Origin: Syntrophaceae bacterium
Lineage (GTDB): Bacteria > Desulfobacterota > Syntrophia > Syntrophales > Smithellaceae
NCBI GenBank assembly: GCA_025355345.1
Contig: JANXZU010000098.1
Span: forward strand, 960-64,959
Direction of reading: 5' to 3'
DNA length: 64,000 nucleotides
The position numbers were made by a program, and so were the translations under genes. Shown here piece by piece: positions 19,103 to 26,880 of this stretch; the stretch's first letter is position 1; the number at the start of each line of letters is the position of its first letter. The notes under the pieces were generated by a model. The model worked only from the letters and a program-made list of their open reading frames with translations, searched no databases and had not been told where the DNA came from.

Positions 19103-19672
19103 TCAGGGCGTTGCCGCTTTCCTGCCCAGTTCCAGGGCCTGTTTTTTGGCTGCTTCGTTTTGGGAGATTTCTCCCTTTTCGTTGGCTGTGGCCATGACGG
19201 CTCCCAGCCAATTCATTTTGGTCATTTCCACTGTTGATTTAAAACTGTGGACAATAGGGTCTGCCGTGTGGACGTTGGGATCGCCGCAAACCGTGATCAA
19301 TCCAATGCGTTTGCCTTTCATTTTGGGGTAGTAAGTCTTTTGCCATCTCCACTGCGCGTCGAAGAAGGCGCACCACCTGTCAAGATAAGCTTTCATCTGC
19401 GAGGTCATAGACCAGAAGTAAACAGGCCCGCTGTGAATAATAGCATCTGCATCCAGAATCTTCATCTGGATTTCGTGCATATCGTCCTTCAGCACGCAGA
19501 TGCCTGTTTCATTGCATTTTTTGCAGTCTTTGCATCCGGCAATTTTCTTTCTATCAAGAATAATTTTTTCCACTTCCGCACCCATTGCTTTGGCGCCGGC
19601 CAGTGCCTCGTCCAAAAGGATATCGCTGTTACCGCCGATTCGTGGACTTCCCATAATGCCTAGTACTTTCAT
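19103..19672 (-). CDS. Iron-sulfur flavoprotein (flavodoxin-like NAD(P)H-dependent FMN reductase fold)
   Basis: MKVLGIMGSPRIGGNS N-terminus plus the compact Cys motif GCKDCKKCNETGIC. Confidence 0.75.
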   Translation of the reverse strand: MKVLGIMGSPRIGGNSDILLDEALAGAKAMGAEVEKIILDRKKIAGCKDCKKCNETGICVLKDDMHEIQMKILDADAIIHSGPVYFWSMTSQMKAYLDRWCAFFDAQWRWQKTYYPKMKGKRIGLITVCGDPNVHTADPIVHSFKSTVEMTKMNWLGAVMATANEKGEISQNEAAKKQALELGRKAATP

Positions 19673-19956
19673 ATCTGTTCTCCCGATTTTGTTGGTTAAT
19701 GTTTGTCAAATTTGTACATCTTTCGGTATAATTTGTAAACAATAAAAAAGTTGAAGTACTCAATTCCTTGTTAGGTCGCGTCTATTCAACGTCGGGCAGG
19801 TCGCGTGACCCTATAGTGATCTTCAGGCTATTGAGTTTGTTGATGCAGGCTCAGGCGGCGTTAACTTATACCTTGACATAAACAATAAAAGGCTATTTAA
19901 GAAAACTAACGCATCATAATTTTACACTAAAAATAAAATAATGGCATAAAGCATGC

Positions 19957-19977
19957 ACAGACAGACAGACAGACAGA
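19957..19977. repeat. (ACAG)5 tetranucleotide microsatellite
   Basis: acagacagacagacagacaga read directly; it is intergenic, about 185 nt upstream of ATG 20162. Confidence 0.95.
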
Positions 19978-20053
19978 TTTAACCTTATTGGTCATTGCGA
20001 AACGCCTCTCAGGCGTTGTGGCAATCTCTGTTTCCAAACTTTTTTCAGCCGGA

Positions 20054-20088
20054 GAAGCGCGATTATTATTCCGCGCCTTTTTTTTAAT
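20054..20088 (+). terminator. Weak terminator-like hairpin with T8 run
   Basis: GCGCG (20057-20061) pairs with CGCGC (20072-20076) across a 10-nt loop, followed by TTTTTTTT. Confidence 0.4.
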
Positions 20089-20100
20089 ACATTTACAATA

Positions 20101-20140
20101 AAACCCATGTGTCTTTAGCGGATACATGGGTTTTGTTATT
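20101..20140 (+). terminator. Terminator- or attenuator-like hairpin immediately upstream of the RBS at 20148
   Basis: 10-bp stem AAACCCATGT/ACATGGGTTT with a 13-nt loop, followed by the T-rich stretch TGTTATTTT. Confidence 0.5.
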
Positions 20141-20161
20141 TTAAAAAAGGAGAGTGAAAGA

Positions 20162-21355
20162 ATGAAAAAAATGTATATGTTATTAGCGGCAGTATTATTC
20201 ATGGCTATTACTGGTTGCGGTAGTGGGGGGGGTGGTGCCGTACCGCCTGCGTTATCATCGGAGAAGGCTATAACCGCGTTTGACTTTGCCGCACTTCCGG
20301 CAAATGGCACCGTTACGGAAGCAGCGCATACCATTGCGGTAACAGTGCCGTTTGGCACGGACGTAACTGCTCTTATCCCGACAATCACCATTTCTGTCGG
20401 TGCAAGCATCAGCCCTGATACAGGCGTGGCCAATAACTTTACCACGCCTCAGACATACACAGTTACAGCTGAAGATACTACGACACAGGAATATACTGTG
20501 ACTGTGACGATAGCATCCGGTGATTACACCTCCGCCTACATCGGCACATTAAAACATGTTCCTGCCGGAAGCTTCCAGCGGGATGGCGCAACTGCCAGCA
20601 TCAGCACAGTAGCAACAGCATTCCGCATGAGCCAGTACGAGATCACCAGAGCACAGTTTCTTGCAGTAATGGGAACTGATCCCAGCGATACAACTATTTC
20701 CATGGGGCTCAATGATCCGGTACAACAGGCAAACTGGTACCATGCCATCGCCTTCTGTAACAAACTGAGCATTGCTGAAGGCCTGACGCCTGTGTACAGT
20801 GTAGCTGGCGTTAACTTTACGACCTTGACGTATGGGGACATTCCTACCAGCAGTGATGCGGCCTGGAATGCCGCTAGCGCCAACTGGGCTGCCAATGGTT
20901 ATCGCCTGCCGACAGAGATGGAATGGATGTGGGCGGCTATGGGCGCAACCAGTGACCGTTCCAATGGATATACCGGAACAGGCACAAACACTACAGGCTA
21001 TACAAAAGGCTATGCCGGCAGCACAGAAACAGGCGGCACGCAGGTAAATATTGATGATTATGCCTGGACATGGGAAAACGCCACTTCAACTCACCAGGTA
21101 GGCACAGCGGGACATCCTAATGAACTAGGCCTTTATGACATAAGCGGTAATGTTTGGGAGTGGGTTTGGGACAGGAATGGCGCCTATCCCGCGGGAACAC
21201 AGACCGACTATAGGGGAGCGGCTTCGGGCACGGACCGTGTCGTCCGCGGCGGCAGTTGGAACTACTTTGCGTCTTTCGCCTCGGTTGTTTTTCGTAACCA
21301 CTTCCTCCCGAGTGACGTGCACGAAGGTATCGGTTTCCGGGTTGTGCGCCCCTGA
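20162..21355 (+). CDS. Lipoprotein with C-terminal formylglycine-generating-enzyme (SUMF1/FGE-sulfatase) domain
   Basis: Start at ATG 20162 after 'aaggagag'. Lipobox LFMAITGC followed by a Gly run, then an Ig-like N-terminal domain. FGE-type motifs GYRLPTEMEWMWAA, YDISGNVWEWVWD and RVVRGGSW...GFRVVRP. Confidence 0.8.
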   Translation: MKKMYMLLAAVLFMAITGCGSGGGGAVPPALSSEKAITAFDFAALPANGTVTEAAHTIAVTVPFGTDVTALIPTITISVGASISPDTGVANNFTTPQTYTVTAEDTTTQEYTVTVTIASGDYTSAYIGTLKHVPAGSFQRDGATASISTVATAFRMSQYEITRAQFLAVMGTDPSDTTISMGLNDPVQQANWYHAIAFCNKLSIAEGLTPVYSVAGVNFTTLTYGDIPTSSDAAWNAASANWAANGYRLPTEMEWMWAAMGATSDRSNGYTGTGTNTTGYTKGYAGSTETGGTQVNIDDYAWTWENATSTHQVGTAGHPNELGLYDISGNVWEWVWDRNGAYPAGTQTDYRGAASGTDRVVRGGSWNYFASFASVVFRNHFLPSDVHEGIGFRVVRP

Positions 21356-21432
21356 GCCCTGCGGCATGAACCTCAAGCATCTGCAGAACCAGGCAGCTTC
21401 ATGTGGCTCTATAGCCGCGAATATCGAGTTAT

Positions 21433-21476
21433 ACCTTCCTGCCGGTACCAAACGGGAAAGCCGGAAGGTGTTTTTT
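21433..21476 (+). terminator. Terminator candidate after the FGE-domain gene
   Basis: Stem ACCTTCC/GGAAGGT with a large loop, followed by GTTTTTT. Confidence 0.45.
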
Positions 21477-21621
21477 GGGGGGTTGAAGCTAAACATTGCG
21501 GAGCAATCAAGGGCGGTTGTATGCCAGGTAATTACTCCAGCAAAATGTTTTAAAAAAGTTGAAGAACAATGTCATTAAATGTGATAAAAGTTATCATTAA
21601 ATTATCAATTGGTGACATTCT

Positions 21622-22233
21622 ATGAACAAGATTCTTATCCTTTTTGCTCATCCGCGTTTTGAGAAATCAAAAACTAACCGCGCGTTGCTCCATAATGTCG
21701 AGCAGCGTCAAGGTGTAACTTTAAACGATTTGTATGAGCAATATCCGGATTTCAATATCGATGTTGATCGTGAAAAAGAACTGCTTACTTCCCATCAGAT
21801 TATTATCTGGCATCATCCTTTATATATGTACAGCGCTCCCGCTCTGCTCAAACAGTGGATTGATCTGGTGCTGGAATATGGCTGGGCGCATGGTAAAGAC
21901 GGTAATTTTCTTAAAAGTAAAATTATCTTTAATGTTATAACTACGGGCGGAACCAGAGAGGTTTATGCTCTCGGCGGTTACAATCGTTACACTATTAAAG
22001 AGTTCTTATTTCCTTTTGAGCAAACAGCAACTTTGTGTAAAATGGTTTATTTGCCGCCTTTTGCTGTGCAGGGGACGCATTTGCTGACTGACGAGAAGCT
22101 GAAAGATCATGTGACAATGTATCACACCCTTTTAGAAAAAATGATTGCGGGTGATTTTGATATCGAAGCAATGAAGAAAGTTGAATTTCTTAACGACTGG
22201 CTTTTATCGGGAACAGGACTTATAAAACCATGA
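21622..22233 (+). CDS. kefG: Glutathione-regulated K+ efflux ancillary protein (quinone-reductase-like, flavodoxin fold)
   Basis: LILFAHP...DLYEQYPDFNIDVDREKELL...HPLYMYSAPALLKQWID closely parallels my recollection of E. coli KefG. The stop overlaps the next gene's start (ATGA). Confidence 0.8.
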   Translation: MNKILILFAHPRFEKSKTNRALLHNVEQRQGVTLNDLYEQYPDFNIDVDREKELLTSHQIIIWHHPLYMYSAPALLKQWIDLVLEYGWAHGKDGNFLKSKIIFNVITTGGTREVYALGGYNRYTIKEFLFPFEQTATLCKMVYLPPFAVQGTHLLTDEKLKDHVTMYHTLLEKMIAGDFDIEAMKKVEFLNDWLLSGTGLIKP

Positions 22234-24113
22234 GCAATGTTTTTTTACATGACGCATTAATCTATCTGGCGGCCGCTGTGCTCTTTGTTCCTATTGCCAA
22301 AAAACTGGGAATGGGATCTGTATTGGGATATCTAATGGGCGGAATAATTATCGGTCCTTTTTTTCTTAATTTTATCGGTCAGGAAGGAAAGGACATTATG
22401 CATTTTGCCGAATTCGGCGTGGTGATGATGCTGTTCCTCATTGGATTGGAACTGGAGCCTTCCCACTTCTGGCGCATGCGCAATCTCATTTTGGGAACAG
22501 GTTCCGTGCAGCTGGGCGCAACAACGATACTTGTTTTTGCGGTTTTTCTGTTTGTCGGATTTAGCTGGCAGGCGGCACTGGCTTGCGGTCTGGCCATGGC
22601 CATGTCGTCTACCGCCATTGTCATGCAGACGCTGCGGGAAAAAGGTTTAACCAGGACAGAATCGGGAAAGAGTTCCTTCGCCGTACTTCTTTTTCAGGAT
22701 ATCGCCGTCATTCCTATTTTAGCGCTGCTGCCGCTCTTAGCTATTTCCGCTGTTCACGCGTCGGGTGCCGGAGCGATCACGCTTATTTCAGGGCAACCCG
22801 GTTGGGTGCAAACTTTAACAGTGCTGGGCGCGGTGGGGGTAGTAATATTGAGTGGGCGCTTTGTGATTGTTCCCTTTCTGCGCTTCATTGCACGGATTCA
22901 TTTGCGGGAATTGTTTACGGCGGCGGCTCTGTTGATCATCATCGGTACTGCCTCTATCATGATGCTTGTGGGTTTGAGTCCCGCATTGGGGACGTTTCTT
23001 GCAGGAGTAGTGCTGGCCAACAGTGAATTCCGGCATGAACTGGAAAGTGATATCGAACCGTTTAAGGGAATTCTGCTCGGTTTGTTTTTTATTTCTGTGG
23101 GCGCCTCGATTAACTTTAGTTTGATTGTCGATAACCCGTTGAAAATAGCTGCCCTGGTCTGCAGCATCATCGTGATCAAGGCGAGCGTGCTGTTTTTTAC
23201 CGGCAAACTTGTACGGCTCAGTTTTGATCAAAATCTTTTATTTACTTTGGGGTTGGCGCAGGTTGGCGAATTTGCCTTTGTTCTCTTTGCCTTCATTTCT
23301 CAACTCAATATTCTGCCTGTCCGGCAGACTGATATGATGATGGGTGTTACAGCGATCAGCATGACGGTAACGCCTTTGCTTCTGCTAATTAATGAGAGAT
23401 TTATTGAGCCGCGTTGCGGTACAAAGGCCAAAGAAGAAAAAGAAGCTGATGAAATTGATGTTTCCAACCTTGTGATAATTGCGGGGTTCGGTCATTTTGG
23501 TTCTACTCTTGGCCGGTTTTTACGAGCAAATGGAATTTCCGCTACAATTCTGGATAATGATTCTGATCGCGTAGATCTTTTAAGAAAAATGGGGTTTAAA
23601 GTTTTCTATGGTGACGCGACGCGCATTGATATCCTGAAATCAGCCGGGGCCGATGAAGCCAGAATTTTGATTGCCGCGATTGATTCACCAGAGACTAATT
23701 ACGATCTGGTTGAAAAAACGAAAAAATTGTTTCCCAACCTTACAATCATGGTGCGTGCCAAAAGTCGTCTGGATGCCTATGAACTAATCGATATGGGAGT
23801 AAAAGATATCTATCGGGAATCACTAGATACATCAGTAAGACTGGGCATTGATGTTCTTACCAAACTGGGTATACGCAAGTACGCTGCCACTCGTGCCGGC
23901 CAGAACTTTATCAAGTACGATGAAACGGCTCTGGATCAGCTTGCCTCGCACAGGCATGATCAGGATACATATATTTTCAACAGCCGCGAGCAGATTCAAC
24001 TCCAGGAACAACTATTAACTAACGACAGAGAGGTTAACCCAACTCTTCATGATCATGCCTGGGATAGTGACCAAATGGCCAATGAATATGAAGGCGATGG
24101 TTCGAAATACTGA
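22230..24113 (+). CDS. kefB: Glutathione-regulated K+/H+ antiporter (CPA2 family with KTN/TrkA-N domain)
   Basis: About 12 TM helices followed by the Rossmann motif IIAGFGHFG and a KTN domain. It is translationally coupled to kefG. Confidence 0.85.
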   Translation: MSNVFLHDALIYLAAAVLFVPIAKKLGMGSVLGYLMGGIIIGPFFLNFIGQEGKDIMHFAEFGVVMMLFLIGLELEPSHFWRMRNLILGTGSVQLGATTILVFAVFLFVGFSWQAALACGLAMAMSSTAIVMQTLREKGLTRTESGKSSFAVLLFQDIAVIPILALLPLLAISAVHASGAGAITLISGQPGWVQTLTVLGAVGVVILSGRFVIVPFLRFIARIHLRELFTAAALLIIIGTASIMMLVGLSPALGTFLAGVVLANSEFRHELESDIEPFKGILLGLFFISVGASINFSLIVDNPLKIAALVCSIIVIKASVLFFTGKLVRLSFDQNLLFTLGLAQVGEFAFVLFAFISQLNILPVRQTDMMMGVTAISMTVTPLLLLINERFIEPRCGTKAKEEKEADEIDVSNLVIIAGFGHFGSTLGRFLRANGISATILDNDSDRVDLLRKMGFKVFYGDATRIDILKSAGADEARILIAAIDSPETNYDLVEKTKKLFPNLTIMVRAKSRLDAYELIDMGVKDIYRESLDTSVRLGIDVLTKLGIRKYAATRAGQNFIKYDETALDQLASHRHDQDTYIFNSREQIQLQEQLLTNDREVNPTLHDHAWDSDQMANEYEGDGSKY

Positions 24114-24311
24114 TCTGTCTCGCGCAAAAAAACTGGAGAATTCTTGAATTAAATGTGTTAAAAATGTGATCAGTTCCAGTTGTAACGTTGTTGTTGCTTC
24201 GCTGGATATCCACGGGCATCTGAAATGCCCTCTGTCTGCTGCGGGATAATTCGACTAACAAATATTACCGCACTATGTTTGTAATATTTGAGTCTCAATA
24301 AAGGAGGGTTT

Positions 24312-24683
24312 ATGAAAACATCAAGAATGGCGTTAATTGTTGCTGTACTTTTCTGGCTGGTTCCATCAATTGCTCAAACTCAGGAAGTAAACAGAAAAGG
24401 ACCGTGCAGGGCCGATATTGAAAAATATTGTAAAGATGTGAATCCTGGGCAGGGAAGAATAGTCAATTGCATACGGCAGCATGAAGGTGAATTATCGCCG
24501 GCATGCAAGAATTATATTGCCGAAGAAAAAGAAAAGCAGAAAGAATTTGTAAGAGATTGTAACGCAGATGCTTCTAAACTTTGCAAGGATGTGAAACCTG
24601 GCGGTGGCCGTATTGTTCATTGTTTGAAACAACATCAAACGGAGTTATCCGCGGGGTGTAATGCTCACTTCCTAAAGAAATAA
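24312..24683 (+). CDS. Secreted cysteine-rich repeat protein (two repeats)
   Basis: ATG 24312 follows 'aaggagg'; a signal peptide is present. The unit C-x7-C-x(2)-V-x-PG-x-GRIV-x-C-x(11)-C occurs twice (CRADIEKYCKDVNPGQGRIVNC / CNADASKLCKDVKPGGGRIVHC). Confidence 0.75.
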   Translation: MKTSRMALIVAVLFWLVPSIAQTQEVNRKGPCRADIEKYCKDVNPGQGRIVNCIRQHEGELSPACKNYIAEEKEKQKEFVRDCNADASKLCKDVKPGGGRIVHCLKQHQTELSAGCNAHFLKK

Positions 24684-24707
24684 AGCTTCCCAAATTGTAC
24701 CTAAAAG

Positions 24708-24743
24708 TAGAGCCCTTCCTTAATAGAATGAGGAAGGGCTCTA
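24708..24743. terminator. Bidirectional terminator-like hairpin between convergent genes
   Basis: Perfect 13-bp stem TAGAGCCCTTCCT/AGGAAGGGCTCTA with a 10-nt loop. Confidence 0.6.
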
Positions 24744-24780
24744 GTAATTTTACCAACGTAATTTACTATTAGAATTGGTA

Positions 24781-25752
24781 TTACTTTGTGGCGCGTCTGA
24801 AATCATAAAACCAGTCAGCCTTCATATGATTTTCATGTTGCTCTCCGTAAAGATAGGTCTCATAATTTTTGTCGCCATCCAGATAAAACTTCATCCAGGA
24901 GGTTATATATACTTTGGCGTGCATTTGATTGACTGGGTCACCAGAATTGATCCAATCCGTATGGGGAAAGTTTTTGAAATAAGCGAGCGCCTTCTCGAAA
25001 GAAAAATCTTTGTACATACTGACAACTTTGCCCGGAGGCGAGTTATCATCGTTTCTGCCGGCGTAACATATTGTTGCCGATTTAATATCGTCCAGATCGT
25101 AACCTGAGTCCATATAGGGAGCCAATGCCTGAGTGGACTTCACTTCCGAACCTAAATTGGTTGCGGCGAGTAACGCTCCGCCTCCGCCCTTACCGTAGCC
25201 CATGAGTTGGAGTTTGTTAATATCGACAAGACCTTTAATTTTGCTATCGCTGCGGATATTTTCGGTTTTGAGCATCGCGATACCGGCTTTATGGGCATCT
25301 GTCCATAGCGGAGTATTGCCCATGACATCTGTAGGCGTCATGGCAAAGATGATATATCCGTGGGTGACAAGGTGGTAGGCAAGCCACCTTATGTCGTCAT
25401 GAGAATTAAAAAAGCCGGACATCAAAGTTGTTGCGGCAAATGGACCCTTGGCCGTTTCACACGGGTACCACACTTCCGCTGCTAAGTAAGCTGGATTGGG
25501 GGGTGGTTTGTAGGAACATCTGGTAAACGCGCCCTTCAGTGCTGGATCAACTGTGACAGGCAAAGTTACGGCAGGGGCAGTTGCAGCAGGAGTAGCTGCT
25601 GTAGGCACGTCTGTAGCAGGTACAGCAGCAGGAATGGTTGCGGCAGGCACAGTTTTGACAGGTTCCGCTGCGGTTGCATATGCCCCTGCAAAAAGCATAG
25701 TCAGAATACCTAATAAAGCCAATGCTCTAGGAAATAATTTTTTTTCTTTCAT
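24781..25752 (-). CDS. Secreted alpha/beta-hydrolase of the dienelactone hydrolase/cutinase (PETase-like) type with Gly at the nucleophile position
   Basis: Signal peptide and a Pro/Ala/Thr-rich linker. By eye it is colinear with cutinase/PETase blocks (VWYP.., HGYIIFAM, LMGYGKGGGG, RNDD, PH..). The nucleophile elbow reads G-Y-G-K-G instead of G-x-S-x-G. Confidence 0.65.
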   Translation of the reverse strand: MKEKKLFPRALALLGILTMLFAGAYATAAEPVKTVPAATIPAAVPATDVPTAATPAATAPAVTLPVTVDPALKGAFTRCSYKPPPNPAYLAAEVWYPCETAKGPFAATTLMSGFFNSHDDIRWLAYHLVTHGYIIFAMTPTDVMGNTPLWTDAHKAGIAMLKTENIRSDSKIKGLVDINKLQLMGYGKGGGGALLAATNLGSEVKSTQALAPYMDSGYDLDDIKSATICYAGRNDDNSPPGKVVSMYKDFSFEKALAYFKNFPHTDWINSGDPVNQMHAKVYITSWMKFYLDGDKNYETYLYGEQHENHMKADWFYDFRRATK

Positions 25753-25972
25753 AATGAGGTTAACCTCCTACTTTTAGAAATAGTTTAGATTGGTTTTAAT
25801 CGATCTATGGACAATATTGTTTATACTTATACTTTTTTTATCAAAAATCAATATTGAATTTCGGCTGAAAAAAATTCGCCTTGAAATATTTTTCTGCTTT
25901 AATCTAGCATCGTAAAATTTTTATACCAATTTGTCAGCGAAAGGTATAATACATCAAATCACAGGAGTTAAA

Positions 25973-26386
25973 ATGAACATAATAAAAAAAATAGCGGTTT
26001 ATTTTGCCCGGAAAGAATTTTGCAGAAATGCAATATCCGAGAAGGCTGATCTGAGTGTTTTTGAGAAAAAACTTACAGCAAAAGTAATTACCGGTTTAGT
26101 TTTGATTTTTGTTAGTTATCTGATAGGTCTCCCTACTGCTGTTATTATAGGTGGAATTGCAGGAGCTAAATTTAATGCTTCAATTGCCGCTTTCATTATT
26201 ACTGTGATTTATGGTATTTCTTGGCTTATTCTTATGCTGGGAGCGTACCTTGCCGGCCCTAAATATGGAAAGGCGATAAGCCGTTGGGCAGTGCGGGTTG
26301 TTTTGGAAAAAATACTCGGGGCTGAGGCGAAAAAAATCGCGGCTTTACCGGTGCAAAATCCGCAAAGATCGGACACAAAAAAATAA
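25973..26386 (+). CDS. Small integral membrane protein (first gene of the lipid cluster?)
   Basis: ATG 25973 follows 'aggag'. There are three hydrophobic helices and no recognisable motif. Confidence 0.5.
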   Translation: MNIIKKIAVYFARKEFCRNAISEKADLSVFEKKLTAKVITGLVLIFVSYLIGLPTAVIIGGIAGAKFNASIAAFIITVIYGISWLILMLGAYLAGPKYGKAISRWAVRVVLEKILGAEAKKIAALPVQNPQRSDTKK

Positions 26387-26425
26387 GGCGTTTTTAAAAG
26401 CGCCGGATTAAAAATGAGGTGTTAA

Positions 26426-26698
26426 ATGATTCAGATTGAAGAATTAGTTAGTGAACTTAAAGTTAATATTATTAAAACACTGGGTTTGATAGACGTTACT
26501 CCTGAAGACATTAAAGATGATGCTGTGCTTGTTGGCGGCGATACGGGAATTGATTCTATTGATGTGCTGGAACTGGTAATGATGATTGAAAAAGATTATG
26601 GCGTTAAAATTGACAGCAAAGAACTTGGCGCCAAAGTATTCGCGTCAGTACGCGCGCTGGCTACTCATATTTTCAATAATCAGAGGCAGAAAGCTTAA
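26426..26698 (+). CDS. Acyl carrier protein (phosphopantetheine-binding)
   Basis: 90 aa with GIDSIDVLELV, the DS(x) attachment Ser in helix-II context. Confidence 0.8.
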   Translation: MIQIEELVSELKVNIIKTLGLIDVTPEDIKDDAVLVGGDTGIDSIDVLELVMMIEKDYGVKIDSKELGAKVFASVRALATHIFNNQRQKA

Positions 26699-26880
26699 TA
26701 CCAAGGCGCTTTCTTAGGTTAACTTTGCCGATCTCGCTTTTAGCGGGATCGGCTCATCCAATCACACTAAAGCGTAACCAGTCGGAGTCTCCTTCTTGGA
26801 GAATTGTTATCCATTGGAATCGAAATGGTATAAGGTGGCAAACAAAAACAATCCTATAGAATTTTGAGCATTTTACCCCT

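Noticed and set aside
19927-20445. 172-aa minus-strand ORF
   Set aside because: It overlaps the RBS-supported start and lipoprotein signal of the plus-strand FGE-domain gene and runs through the intergenic microsatellite and hairpins. It is an artefact of GC-richer sequence.
21575-21605. Possible operator upstream of kefG (TGATAA-aag-TTATCA palindrome and duplicated TCATTAAAT)
   Set aside because: These are short AT-rich motifs in an AT-rich promoter region and could easily arise by chance. There is no regulator gene nearby to tie them to.
22379-23231. Several 69-147 aa ORFs on both strands inside kefB
   Set aside because: All are nested within a continuous 627-aa CPA2 antiporter ORF with clear motifs. 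These are shadow frames.
26699-26880. Cobalamin riboswitch or precursor-peptide ORF upstream of the B12/radical SAM gene
   Set aside because: I found no B12-box-like sequence and no ORF longer than a few codons with an RBS. Only a single hairpin is present.
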